From Amoebidium appalachense (lineage: Eukaryota > Protista > Ichthyosporea): a DNA stretch of 64,000 nucleotides. Positions 12,251 to 35,307 of this stretch are shown one piece after another. A program made the position numbers and the translations under genes. How positions within the stretch are numbered: the first letter of the stretch is position 1; each line of letters starts with the position of its first letter. The notes under the pieces are model-generated. The model was not told where the DNA came from and searched no databases. It saw only the letters and a program-made list of their open reading frames with translations. Location of the stretch: NCBI GenBank assembly GCA_963693365.1, contig CAVNZM010000008.1, forward strand, positions 8,684,818 through 8,748,817. Direction: 5' to 3'.

Positions 12251-12789
12251 CTTTTTAAAATAAATGTAAAACATACGTGTCGGGTTCTCCGTAGTAAATA
12301 TGTACTTCGCACTCTGTAACGCTCCCCCCCCCCCCCCTCAAAAAAAAAAAAAAAATACTCCACTCACCCCAACCAATAAATATCTTACCCCTTAGTCTTT
12401 TCCTGCAATGTTTTCATCGTCACCATTTCGGGGAAGCTATTTTTCTCTGCTCATAGTTGTTTCAACGTCAGTGTCTCGTCCCAGCGTTTAATTTGGTCTT
12501 ACATTAAGGTCCACCTACTCGCACGCAAATATGCGCAAGGCGGCAAGGTGCATATGCACGTAACACACGTACACAGACCGGGACACATCATGGTTACACA
12601 CATGTGCACACACAGTACACTCAGTGACACACATGTACACAAACATGTACGCTCAGTGACACACATGTACCGTAGCACATGTAAACGTTTGTACATCTAT
12701 ACAAACAGGTAGACAAGAGTGTGCACCTGGCACATTGCGCAGGTAAACATGCACGAGCACACACAGACACTGTGACACCCACACCCACC

Positions 12790-12930
<141 letters not shown>

Positions 12931-13014
12931 GCACCGTTGCCCCTGTTCTACTCTGCTTATTTACATTCATTATGGAACTACTGCAAAACCCTTAAGCATA
13001 ATTGCATTACCCAA

Positions 13015-13096
13015 GTGTGTGTGCTGCATAAAACCTGCATTGTGCTGTCCGTTGTAAATGTGGATTTCGTACCCTGTAACACATCTAATAACCCCC
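13015..13096 (+). repeat. Short dispersed repeat family B, followed by poly-C
   Basis: GCATTGTGCTGTCCGTTGTAAATGTG...CGTACCCTGTAACACAT(C)TAA followed by a C-run. Related copies lie at ~50105-50170 (+), ~54712-54752 (-) and ~58625-58705 (-). Confidence 0.65.
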
Positions 13097-13159
13097 CTCC
13101 CCCCCCCCCCCCCCCCCCCCTCCCGGGCCCCCCCCCCCCCCCCCCCTCCCCGGGCCCCC

Positions 13160-13226
<67 letters not shown>

Positions 13227-13735
13227 CCAAACATCGCCCCTACCCACCTATTTACTTAAAGACCAACACCACAGCAAAAAAGAAAGAAAGAAAGAGTTTC
13301 ATCGGAAAACGAAAAAGATTCGAGTTTTTTTAATCGAGAGTTAAACTTTGAATATTGGGAAGATTGAATTTTTTGGCACCCAGACTAAGACTTATCAACA
13401 TGGGGGCCCCGGAGTCCCTCTCTGACCTTCACTATTCTCCCGGCCCTCTCCCGACCCCTCAAGCCGTTATAGTTGCTGACTAATAGTTGACTATTATATA
13501 TCAATATATATCAATTCAAAAGTTTTATATTATATTATTATTATATTATTATTATTTATCAATATAATAATAAACCCAGCCATAGGGGACACAGTTACCA
13601 TGAGTCCCCTCTCGCCCCCCGCCCCTCGCCCCCAGCCCCCTCTCCACCCCTCCCCCCCCCCCCCCCCCCCCCCCCTTCCCCTCTCTCCCCCGGGGAAAAT
13701 ACACAAATACACACATACGCGCGCGCGCGCGCACG

Positions 13736-13784
<49 letters not shown>

Positions 13785-13803
13785 ACACACACACGCACGC
13801 ACG

Positions 13804-13879
<76 letters not shown>

Positions 13880-14036
13880 AACTCTACACATGCAGGCTCG
13901 CGTGCAGCCGCGCACACAGTGACACATACGCACGCCACAAACATAAGCACACACACGAGGCTTTGCCTGCAGATTCCAAGTTCCCTCCTACGCTATATCT
14001 GGCCAGGCGCCCCGGGGCATGTCACCATTTTCCCAC

Positions 14037-14037
<1 letters not shown>

Positions 14038-14109
<72 letters not shown>
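14038..14109. repeat. Poly-C homopolymer, ~72 nt
   Basis: Read directly; the length may be affected by sequencing error. Confidence 0.9.
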
Positions 14110-14111
<2 letters not shown>

Positions 14112-14194
14112 GGTCCCCTTCAGAATAATATATATATATATTTCATCCCGTTTCGTCCCCGGGAAAAAAAAAACCTAGTACTAATTATTAATTA

Positions 14195-14290
14195 TTATTC
14201 ACCTATGAGATAATTATTACTGGATTTTTCGAAAGAAGTTAAGATTCTAGGGCTACCAAGGCTGGGGGGAAATTAAGATAACGGGGAGGG
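14195..14290 (-). mobile_element. Fragment of the MITE family seen at 18250-19015
   Basis: The reverse complement TTATCTTAATTTCCCCCCAGCCTTGGTAGCCCTAGAATCTT...TTCGAAAAATCCAGT...ATAGGTGAAT matches ~18867-18952. Confidence 0.7.
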
Positions 14291-14679
14291 GGATTTGGGG
14301 GGGGGGGGAGGGGGGGGGGGGGGTCGGAGGGGGGACTGTGGCTTCCCTACTTAGTCTAGTATTATTTTTAGACTGTGCACCGTTGGCAAGAAAAGCCCTT
14401 ATGTGCAGCAGATAATATTTCTTTTCTGATTAGCTTGAAGTCTTCGAGAGCCCTTGCTTCGTTACCAATCAACAGACCAAAAAAGTCAATGTGCATGTGT
14501 GTGTATGTGTGTGTGTGTGGGGGGGGGGGGGGGAGGGGGGGGGGTTTGCATGCGCATGTGTTGGTGTTTTTTAAGGTGGGGGAGGGGGGGAGGAAGGGAT
14601 GTCGGGGTCAAATTGTTCTCCTCCCTGCCTCCATTTCCCCGCTTTCCAGGTTAGAGTACTATGAAGGAGAGAGAGAGAG

Positions 14680-14727
<48 letters not shown>

Positions 14728-14742
14728 GGGGGGAGGGAGGGG

Positions 14743-14798
<56 letters not shown>

Positions 14799-14915
14799 AG
14801 AGAGAGAGAGAGAGAGAGAGAGGCGGGGAGGGGGGGGGGGGAGGCTGAGAGGGGGGGAGAGAGAGGGGGGGGAGAGAGAGAGGAAGGGAGATCATGGTTT
14901 GTGCGTGTGTGTTGA

Positions 14916-14970
<55 letters not shown>

Positions 14971-15200
14971 TTGTGTGTGCGTATCTGTCTGTGTGTGTTT
15001 GTGCGTCTGTGTGCACACACATGTATATGTGTGTGTGGTTCGTGTGTGGCAGGATCATTAAGTTTTTTTTCTGTATGCTGTCGTGTGTGTGTGTGTGCGT
15101 GTGTTTGTGTGCGTCTGTGTGTGTATCATGTGTTGCAGGTGTGTGTGCGTGTGTGTGTTGTGTGTGTATGTGTGTGTGTGTATGTGTATGTATGTGTGTG

Positions 15201-15278
<78 letters not shown>

Positions 15279-15364
15279 CCCCCCCCCCCCCCCCCCCCCC
15301 GTCCCCGCCTTCCTGCATTCACCAGGTGAAAATATGCCAATCTATCCATCACGCTTCATCCCCC

Positions 15365-15410
<46 letters not shown>

Positions 15411-16154
15411 CTGGCTCCCTCCCCATCTCCCCCGCCAAAAAAAAAAAAAAAAAGGAAGAAAAAAGAAAAAAAAGAAAAAAAACCTTCCCCCTTGTAACCG
15501 CCACCGCCGCCGCCTCTCCCACGTTGTCTGCCATATATCAACGAATGCCTTAAGGAACAAAGGTTCAAAGTAGACTACGTACGCTGTCAGACTAACAAAT
15601 TTTAGCCACCGGCGGCTGAAATCGCTATCGCATGAGACGTCGACCTGAGATACTTGACATTATCCCGGAAGCCTGTAGTCTGACGGGGTACGTAGTCTAT
15701 TTTGAACCATCAATCGTTAACATTGTGTGGCATCTTCAAGTCTTCATGTACTACGTCCGTTTACTCCCCCCCCCCCTCCCCCCCCCCCCCCCCCCCCCCT
15801 CCCCCCTCACATTCCTTTCGTTTTTTGCAAGCCCGGTTCTCGCCAACTTCATCCTAGGTATTGGATAACCCTCCCCCCCCCCCCCCCCCCCCCTCCTCCC
15901 TCCCCCTCCCTACTCTTCTCTCCCCCCCCCCCCCCCCACCCACCCACCCACCCCACTTAACTCATGATCACAAACCTGGTGTTACGAAAAGGGACAGAGA
16001 AAAGGACTTTGTATAAATTAGATGCTCCTCAGTAATAATTATAATATGATATTAATGGCAGCGGCTCACTGGAAAACGCATACATAAACAAATTTGGATA
16101 GAGCATATGCACGTTACCAGACACCCCGCCCCCCTCCCCCCCACACACGCACAC

Positions 16155-16191
<37 letters not shown>

Positions 16192-16779
16192 GTGTCACAC
16201 ACCCACACCCACACACACACACACACACTCGCACCTAGCATACACACACACGCGCGCGCGCGCGCACGCGGCAGTTGCACACACACACCTCCCCACATTC
16301 ACACGGTCATCGTCAACATACAGTAGTATGTTTTTATCAAACGTCAAGCTCCCCCCCCTTCCCCCCCCCCCCCCCCCCCCCCCCTTCCCCCCCCTCCCCC
16401 TCCCGGCCCCCCCACACTTCCCCTTTTTCCTCAGGCTCCCCATCGAATCAACCGCAGCCCACACTTTCGACCACAAGCCCAGATAAATCAGTGAGAAGAA
16501 CCGCCTAAAATATTTCCATTTCCCCCTTACTATTTGAAGACGTTGAGCCTCAAAACGCGGGTGTGTCCCTGAACAATATCTAGTTACTGTACTTTGACCG
16601 CAGTGTACAAATATGTGCATCGGAGATAATCACTGATTTCGATTTGTACGAATGGCCATGGTACATACGATGACAGGCTAGGCGCATTTCAATTTGCCGA
16701 TGAGCGAAATTCTGGATATCAACGTGCAGCCGGTCACATGGTTTCTTTTCCGGTGCCGGTGTACTATAGTGTGTGCCAA

Positions 16780-16844
<65 letters not shown>

Positions 16845-16856
16845 TGTGCGTGCGTC

Positions 16857-16916
<60 letters not shown>

Positions 16917-17144
16917 GGTAGGTGGTGTGTGGTTGTGTGGGTGGGTGAGTAGTTGGGGGGAGGGGGGGGGGGGATGGGGAGGGGGGAGGGCAGAGTCAAA
17001 ATTATAATCTCCTTGGTCTGCAATGGGTTGGTATGAGAGTTAGGAGGAAAACTCATAATTATACAAACAACACCAATCGCTCATGCAGAGCAGCAATGTC
17101 CGACCCAACTGCTGAGGAGAAATGCACACCAATCAATCCCCCCC

Positions 17145-17175
<31 letters not shown>

Positions 17176-17566
17176 AGAAAACAAAAAAAACTATGAAGAC
17201 ATACCTGAAACTTGTCTCTGTTCTTTGACAAAAGCGAGGCAACCGAATCCATATGAAACCTGGTCCAGGCACCGGGGCAACCTTACTTCATGCGCATGTG
17301 TATGCAATAACTTTTTTTTATTATCATTCGGATGATCTTCCGATTGTTTCAGCATATTATCCAATTAAATTCGAGATATATCGTTTAAAAAAAAAAATTA
17401 GACCCTTCCCCTACTCGGATATGTTTACCAACACCTCGTTATCCAACACCGTCACGTACGGTTACGGCATGTAGGGAATGCAAGGCAAACTATATCATTG
17501 ACATAAAACCAACATGTTGCGAATTATGGATCATCAGTAATCAGCTTGATACGGCCTACTAAAATA

Positions 17567-18367
17567 TCAAGGCAAAACCTCATTCGCAATTCTTAAAATC
17601 TCGTCAATTTCATGCGCTAAAACTATTGGGTCTGAAAGCATATCTCGTATATTCGCATACGGGTCGTCAAGTTTGGGACTTCTTTCCTTGGAAACTTGAG
17701 AATCTGATCCGTTATGGCCGCTTGAACGATTTGAGTCGGGCATCTGGCGCTGATTGTCAGACTCAAACAACGGGATGTGATTGGTTCCTGTTTGTAGGGC
17801 CGCAGCTGAATTCGAATATCTTGAGAATAAAGGTTCCAGGTTCGTAATATCCAACCCTCCTCCGGTGGGACGTTTTTTGGAGGCATGCATAGGCATGCTT
17901 GAATAAGTACTCCCCGTGTTTCCTGAATCTCGGAACTTTACGTTGCCAGAGATACGACTCGAAACGGATCCGGATTGAGGGGATTCAATGTCGATCCAGG
18001 AGCTTTCAGACGGCGACAGCCCATCGCTTTGTGGTGGTGGCGGCAAAACACGTTTTCTCTCTCTTTCGGCAACCGTTAGCTTCGAAAGTAAATAGGGCTT
18101 TGAGAATTGTTCGGAGAGAAATGAAATCATCGAGGGTTGATGCGGAGTGCCGGCGGAGGGCGTGTTCTCTGTAGCTGACGGTTTGCGACGATCGATTTGT
18201 ACCCCCCTGCAAGTGTTTTATGTGCACTTTGTGTTAGAATGTTGCAGTACAGGGGTGGTTCACTATTAAGATAACAGGTAAATCGGGAATAAAGTCTAGA
18301 GTCTTAAGGTCATGGGCGGTAGGGTTCATTATCTTAACTCCCCCCCCCCCCCCCTTGGGCCAGGCAT

Positions 18368-18414
<47 letters not shown>

Positions 18415-19274
18415 GAGGGGGGTACGAGTAGGCTATAGGTGTTTACGGGTATGATACGAGTAGGCTTTTTTTTTTGCCCTTTTGAATCGCGTACTTGTTG
18501 GGCCACACACACGTTACGCACGCGCACACACACACACACACACACCAAACACACAGACTCACACGCGCGCGCGCACTTGAACATGTCCCCACGCTCGCAT
18601 ACGCATACAAACCCACACACACACACTCTGGCAGACTGGCTTGTGGGAGACACGAACACACGATGATTTTTGTGTTCTTTCACCGTATATGTACTGACGT
18701 AGGAAATGTATACGTACTGACGTAGGAAACCAAGAAAGCTCAGGCTGCTATTATCTGCCAGATGCTTTTTCCTATAATTGAAAGTTGTGCACCCCGGGAA
18801 GTCAAAGTCACCCCCCCCCCCCCCCCCCCTCCGAGTGACCCCACCGGTACCCCCTCCCCCCCTCTGTTATCTTAATTTTCCCCCAGCCTCGGTAGACTCT
18901 AGAATCTTTGTTTTTTCAAAAAATCTAGTCGTTAGAATCTTATAGGTGAATTTTTCCAAAAAATCTAGACGCTAGAATCTTATAGGTGAATTATCTTAAT
19001 TGTGAACCACCCCTGTATTAGTAGAATGGAGTGCTAGTGTCAGCACTGATCGATCAGTTTTCGAGATGCAGACAGTGAAGTGCCAAAATCAGGTCGTGGG
19101 GTGGAGGGGGGGTGCACCGCAGGATGGAAATTTAGGAAAAACTGATTTAGTGTTGATTAAAAGAAATTGCTGGTTGGTAAGATGTCATGCACTGTCACTG
19201 CATGAGGACGCACACTTAATGTCCCTGACATGCACACACATGTATACACCGTGACAAACACACACAAACACACA

Positions 19275-19314
<40 letters not shown>

Positions 19315-19379
19315 CACGCACGCACACACGTGGCACACACACACACACACACACACACATGCACGCACGCACACACGTG

Positions 19380-19415
<36 letters not shown>

Positions 19416-20005
19416 GTGGCACTGCCTGGCAAGTTCTCAGCCTAGTCTTCAATACAAACGGACACCGTGATCCGGGGTTTCGCAAAAACACTGATATACC
19501 TTTCAGCCATATGGCGTTGTTCTTCGCTTTGTCTTCGCAGTCGGGCCATGTGTGACGTGGGTCGCTTGATGTTGTGTCTGTTCCTCATGTGGTTGCGCAA
19601 GCTGTTGTAACCCGAGTACATGTTTTTGCATATCGGACACTCGTCGTCCTTGGTCACGCAGTATTTCATGCCTTTTGTTCTCGACGGGCGCTTAGGTCTA
19701 GGTGGCATTGGAGAGAGCTGGACATGGGAACTTTCATCATGGTGGCTGACAACGTGTTCATTCGAAAACGTCGACGTCTTGCCGGATGGTAAACAATCAA
19801 AGTTGCCTACATCCTCATGTTGATTTGAAATACGGCTCGGCGGTGAGCGGAGATTTCCAGATGTGTTGAGTCCAGTGAGCATGCTGACATTAGGCTCAGA
19901 TACAAAGTCGCGATCTACAAGGCTTTCGTGTTGGTCAAATAATGAGGGAAGGCGTGCCAACGGTATGCCCCGATGGTGCGCATTGTTAACAGCGTTGGAC
20001 TGCAT
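17567..20005 (-). CDS. Single C2H2 zinc-finger protein, copy 2 (2 exons: 20005 or 19882..19500, 18206..17567)
   Basis: Finger [22 protein letters not shown]. Donor GAAAG|GTATAT at 19499 and CTAAC branch plus TTGCAG| acceptor at 18207 give an in-frame join reading [20 protein letters not shown], homologous to copy 1. Confidence 0.85.
18250..19015. mobile_element. Non-autonomous DNA transposon (MITE), 766 bp, 25-bp TIRs, TA target duplication
   Basis: TA|CAGGGGTGGTTCACTATTAAGATAA ... TTATCTTAATTGTGAACCACCCCTG|TA with 1 mismatch. Subterminal AAAAATCTAG..G.TAGAATCTTATAGGTGAATT occurs twice. Absent from the paralogous intron. Confidence 0.88.
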
Positions 20006-20780
20006 ATAGCTCAAGGTAAAAGCGAAAAACGTGCCAAATGAAATCTTTGCTGTGAATTAATGATTATCTACAAGGGCAATAATTCGCAGACTCTGCCGCA
20101 GCTGCTAGGTAGTACTACGTGCAATATAAAATGTGCCAAATAAATGATTGTATGTCCAACTTGATACATTATTAAAAGTATGGACAACATGAACGGATGC
20201 TGTACGTGTACACATACGGGACTGTGCGTTTGGGCCAGTAGTGCCACATAAAAACCAGCCTCTTTCAACGACCGGTTACCGTTCAAACTTATGCCGCCAT
20301 TCAAATCATTCACAATAAATACTGTAAATAGGTACCTCTTTTATTGTAGTGTTGGTGCAGCGTCACCGTGATGCATGTACAGTAGCATGGAGTTTCAAAC
20401 GCCAATTCAAGATGTTTGAATTCAAATACACACGGTAACCCAAGGGACTCACTGGAACGATATCCGTATACTTGTATATCACAATGATATCACATGAACA
20501 CTGTTTATGTTACTGCGGTACCTACGGACTGGGTCTGCGCATACACATTGAATGGTGAGTGCCGAGAAATTCAACAGAACAATAATATCATATGTATATG
20601 AAGTAACTATACTGAGGGTTGGTAGTGAGAAAGAGATATCGATCGATGTGCATCACTCAGCCTCTGAACATGAGGAAAGATAGCCGGCGCCGCATAGATG
20701 TGTATGGTACAGTGCATGCATGGTCGCTCCAAGGCACGTTTGACAGCTGGGTCCGCTGACTCAGTGCTGAGCGTGAACCC

Positions 20781-20787
20781 TTTTATA
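20781..20787 (-). promoter_or_regulatory. Putative TATA box of zinc-finger gene copy 2
   Basis: TATAAAA on the minus strand, in a block conserved with ~3470-3510. Confidence 0.6.
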
Positions 20788-22160
20788 CCGTGTTGCAATA
20801 GAACCACGAAGAATCACAGATGGAATGCACAAATTGCTTGAAAAATCAAAAAGCAACCTTTTTCAAACAGCACGTGCACGTGCCGGCCCGTCATGCATCG
20901 ATCGGATATAGTTTGCGTGCACGGATATCGATCATGTCATGGCGGCTGATTCTTTTGCAGCTATAAAATAGTATAAACCACTTACAAGCTTTGGTCCCAT
21001 ATTTTCAATTTGGCAGAAGTGTAGAACTGCCTGAAACAAACATAGTAACTTGTGTAAGTATCGTCAGCACGTCGCCACTCACAGATTCAGGCTATCCTCG
21101 GCGCTCACACTACAGTGTTCTTTGCTTTTCTATCGTCATGTTCCGTTCCTAAACACGATTGGTTGAGCAAGTGTACACGAATTACGAATTCTTAGGCACT
21201 TGATTTGATTCAAATCCATGTCATTTTATGATCCCCCAAATCACATACACGCTGATACACTGAATCGTTTGTGTGGAACAGAGGAATGGCATTTTTTCCA
21301 AACTCCATTTTCCATAGTTCGTATGCGCAGCTACATATATTATTATTATGACACACATGGAAATGAATAGGGAGCTGGTTACACAACTCGGCACCGCCCC
21401 ACAATAGAAAGTCTTGGGGGGATGATGGGATCCCTTTCTGTGCGAGCACTAGCATTGATTGGTTGGATCCGCACCCATTGATCAGTATATTGTGATGCGC
21501 ACTCACACTGTCATGACATGAGTCACATGATCACAACCATGCGCACAGGAAGCAAAAAAACAAACTTCAGGTTACCGGCAAAAAAAAGTTACCGAGTCAG
21601 TGCCACGTACACACATCTCGGTGTCTTGCAATTGCACGCAGCTATTACCTGTGTAGGTACGCACGCACGCATAGAGTATATTTTTCCATTCAACATGTAC
21701 AAGACACATGCAACCAATTCACACACAGTACGTACTGAGTAGTATAGTTGACAAAGTCGTACTTCGAGTGCTGTCGTAAGCTCCGGCGGTCTCTCTGGCA
21801 TACGTCATCTCTCCTGTAGCTATGACTACCTTGCAATTGCTTGTCACAATCGGCCCGTATGTGGCTGCAGGCTCCGAGCGTAGTAGGCTCGGCCTTATAA
21901 TATATACATGTAAGCTAACCTAGTAATTATAAAAAACAGCGGACAGTGTACGAGCAAGGCCTCCTAGTACAATTACCAGGAAGCCTTGGGTACGAGCCTG
22001 CAGCTGAGAGAATACCTGCACGTATGTATTTATCCGGCTCAGCTTACTATGCATCATGCATGTAGGCATTACGAGGGTGCACGTGACACTTCCATGCATG
22101 CCATGGGTATGTCACAATAAATACATGCTCCGACGGTGTCGGCACTACGCCCACTGATCT

Positions 22161-22491
<331 letters not shown>

Positions 22492-23478
22492 ATAACACGT
22501 GACACTGTGGGCATTACAAGTCTGCGCGCGGTGTTATTATTATTCAACGGCCATCACTATGCTGTGATCATTAGAAATACTTGCAAATTTTTTATAAAAC
22601 TACAGAATAAAAAAAGGTAGTTATATCGCGATCGCCCGGTTCGGGCCAATTTGAAATTTACGAACTCGAGTGCTGCCACAGTGACTAATATTGGTTTACA
22701 TTTTTTTCTTTTGGTTTACAATTATTGGTTATATAGTAAGTGACAACTGACGAGCCGCTTCACTCAGGCACCTTCAAGTTTCCTCAACTCCTAACTATTG
22801 TAGTGATGGTTTATCTATTCGCTATGCACTATGCTCAAGAGCCAAGATCAATATCTGTCAGTCTGTGCTTATCTGCGACCCGTGTCTACAAATAAGGAGT
22901 GTAAGGAGCTAAAGGCCGAATTGTCCCCAATGGCCCCATTCCAGCACATCCGGGTCAAGCCGTTTGTTCAGCATATAAATCATGATATGAACTGCAATCT
23001 TCTTCCTAAAGCTTTATTAAAATTATTACCTTCTGTATTTCCTTTTTTTTAACCTTTTATTTTTCTTTTTTGTTGTATTATGGGGCATCTGTACCTTGCT
23101 GCCGGCAAAACGATGGTGGGCAGTTGATGCGCAGCACGCCAATCATATAGCTAGAATTGCCTCTGACCCGACCCGGCCCGAAAAGCTAAAAGAAACCCCA
23201 TGTATTGCATAGCTATGCCTGAGCTACGGTAGTATCGGCATATCAAAACCGACCTGATCATGAGGGGAAACGCTTCAAACAAATGAATGATGCATATGCA
23301 TGACTCCCTGCAGCTGAGTCAGTATGTATGTACCGATTCGGTCATACTCGTGCGCAAACATGAACATTTTTTAGTGATGTTGTATGGTTTCCTCCCGTGT
23401 TTCCAAAGCCAAGAAATGTCTACATAAAGTGGTATCGAGTCAACCACCTGTCTGTCATAGGAGTCACCCACCTCTAAT

Positions 23479-23900
23479 CTCTTCAAAGTTTTTGTTCGTC
23501 CTTTATGTGAATATGGTTTGCCCCTTTTAGCCTTAGCCCCTGCCGTCGTATATCCGGAAGCCCTGAAACCTTTAATTTCTTTTCAGTATAAAGAGTTGTA
23601 TCTTTGCACTCACACAAACCACACATCGCATGCTCACAGTCGCACTTCGCTTTTTCTTTCACATCGAACGCCTACAACGCAGAGCACCCAATCACCCACT
23701 GTTCCGTCGCCACTTCTCACTCCCCCGCCCCCCTGACCTCCACCTTTCCCCAATCCCTCCAAAATCTCTCTGCTTCGTGCCTTTAAGACTTACTGCACTA
23801 CAGTCCCTCCCCATCCCAACGTGACACGACACTCCCCTCCTACACACACGCATGGACCGCTTTTTACACGCACAACACAAAACACGCATCTCCACCACAT
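23479..23900 (+). mobile_element. Degenerate non-LTR retrotransposon remnant (RT thumb and downstream region)
   Basis: LFKVFVRPLCEYGLPLLA...ALKPL and, after a frameshift, VALRFFFHIERLQRRAPNHPLF align with FMRTFVFPACEYGLPFLA...ALKPL and LALKFNKHISRLKRYLPSHPLF at 46.7-47.0 kb. The 3' limit is approximate. Confidence 0.7.
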
Positions 23901-24839
23901 TTAACGCAAGCACCTGCATACACAAACCGTTAGTGCAATTATGTTTGCTCCACAGGCCACGAAAAACGGTCTGTAGCCAATAGTATCGTGGGTTTCCCTA
24001 GTGGTTTACTAGCACAGTGGTCTCTTCATTGGCGTGGTAATCGGTTCCTGATGTTTCCTAGACGGTGGTGCCCTAGTGGGTCACACCCTTGGTGCCGTAG
24101 CTGTGTGGGCCGGTGTGTTGTGTTCCCCTTTGTTCCGTTAGCCACCCTGGCCTCCGTTTCTTCCACACTCCTCACGCACCTATCCACTTCTCGTCACCCT
24201 CGCTCACGTCACACACATAATACAACCACCCTCCCAACCAGCCAACCTGGTTAATGAGCTCCTTTTCTTTCTTCCTTTCTTTCTTTCTCTCTTCCTTTTC
24301 TTTTTTTTTTCTTTATCTTTTTTTTTTTTTTTTTTTTTTTTGAGTTGTCATAGATACTGTGTCTGTAAGGTGTGTGGCTTTAGCGGCCGTGGCCGTGTAG
24401 TACGTACCATTAATAAGGGGTGGCTCTCGTCTGTATTATGATGTGCCCCATATGCATGATATATGTACATGAGAGGGCACATGTTGTGTTTCCGGATTGG
24501 CTGGAGGGAGCGGCCAATAAAGTGCAATTGCCGGATGTGTGTGCATCGAAGAGATAGGAATTGTTCAAGAGCCGCACGTGCCCGTGTACATACATACAGT
24601 TCGTACATACGTGGGTATGTGTGTTCTATATCTGTGGCACCATGCATCATGGGGCAAGGAGCCGGGGGGGGGGGATTTCTGAAGTCAATGGCGGCGACAA
24701 ATCTAGATTCTGGCTTGAATTTATTTACTTATATCCTCTATCTAACGAATACCAAATTGCCATGATAACCATGTGGAGCCAGGAGCCAAGCTGTCTTGAG
24801 TTCAGATCTTGATGAGCTCTGTCTCTCCCGGGCCCGCTC

Positions 24840-24874
<35 letters not shown>

Positions 24875-24879
24875 ACGCG

Positions 24880-24912
<33 letters not shown>

Positions 24913-26364
24913 GGCACATACACACAGCCTGAAGCAAGGCTTGCAAAACGGGGGGCCGGAGAGGTGTGTGTGTGTGGGGGGGGGGGGGGGGGGGGGGGGG
25001 AGGGGGGGGGGGGAGTTCGGGCCCGGAGTCCAGTGGGAAAGCCGGGTAATACGTGGGCACGTGTGTAACAGTTGCGTATGTGCACACACGTGTGCGCATG
25101 CCCTTGCACGTGCGTAGGTATGTGTATGGATTGATGTGTGTGCATGCCACACGGTAGGCACACACGCGAGCACTAGAGTTCGTGTGCCGCTGTGTGTGTG
25201 TACACTGTGTGTGTGTGCATGTGTGCGTGTGTGTGTCTGTGTATGTGTGTATGTCACGGTGTGTGTGTGTGCAAGGAGATGTGCGCAGGAGGGTGGGGGG
25301 AGGAAGAAGGGGGGGGGGGGGGGGGGGGGGGGACGGATGTGTGCGGTGACTCTGTTCCCTAATTAGTTTATTGAAGCACCCTGGAGAATAAGGTCCAAGA
25401 GGGAAATTCAGGGACTTGCGGTATTATAATATTATTTCTCAACACCTGGTTGCAAAACTGTACTGCTGTGTCTTACCTTTTTCACAGCTCTTTCCCTTTC
25501 TATTTTCTTTTTTCTTTTTCTATTTTTTTTCCCCTTTTCTTTTTTGTCATCTCATTTTTTTGAAGGTGTTTATTTTTTTGTCCTCCCAGAAGTACACGAT
25601 GTTACACAAAAAGTAAAAGAAAAACATGGGTACGAACACAACAATATTCTCCCCCACCTTTTTTTATGTTTTTAGGGGAGGCACGTTCAGCAAGACTAGA
25701 TAGATGTGGCCCGGGGAGGCCCTTTAAATGGGGTTCATTGCTGGACCAGCAGCAGTGTTTTCAAAACAGACATCATGAAAAACCGGTAAAATTTGGTTGA
25801 TTTTTGAACAAAAGAAAGAGAGAAAAGAATTTCAGATTTTCCTATCCCGAGGCTCTATAATTGACCAAGATATCAAGGGGATTACATACGTGCGGTAACA
25901 ATCTTAAATCTGATGAGACATATAACACTAGTTCTCTGGATGGCATAATAATCTAGTATGGAATTTTGGATTATAACCAAAGGCAAATTGAAAACGTTAT
26001 CATTGCTTGTTTTTTAAACCCCCCCTCCCCCCCCCCCCCCCCCCCCCCCCCCCGCAAAAAAAACAAACAAACAAAAAAAAAACAAAAAAAAAAAAAAACA
26101 CACACACACACACCATTCTGATAGAGACCGGTTCAAAGCTTTCCACCACCACATGGTGTGATAAAGGCAGATTCCAATCCACACTAAGACCGATAGTTCC
26201 AACATTCGCATATCCCCTCATACCCCCATCAACGGCTCATCGCAAAAGAAAATAGTTATAAAAAAAAAGGACCAGTGGAAATCATAATCCCATTTGACCC
26301 AGTGAAATTTTTAGGGCCAGAGCAAAATCTTACTTAAGTGGTGGTGCTCTCTCGTCCAATCAGC

Positions 26365-34970
<8,606 letters not shown>

Positions 34971-35269
34971 TTCCCTCTATCCACTTGTCCAGAGGAATGA
35001 AGGGATCTTTCCAGAATACAAAAAGAAGATCGCAGGTCCCTTGCTGCGTTGCAGATCTGGAAATTTATTAAATGTATTAGAATTCAATAGTGATGGGCAA
35101 GTGTCATGGCCAGCAAACATAAATATGATGTGCGTGTGTGCGTGCGTGTGTGCGTGTGTGCGTGTGTGCGCGTGCGCGTGCGTGTGTGCTTGTGCGCATG
35201 CGTGTGTGTGTGGGTGGGTGTGTGTGTTTGTGTGTGGTGGTGGTGGGGCAGGGGGGGGGGGGGGGGGGG

Positions 35270-35307
<38 letters not shown>

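Noticed and set aside
16430-16780. Complex-sequence ORF pieces on the minus strand
   Set aside because: No recognisable motif or consistent splice partners.
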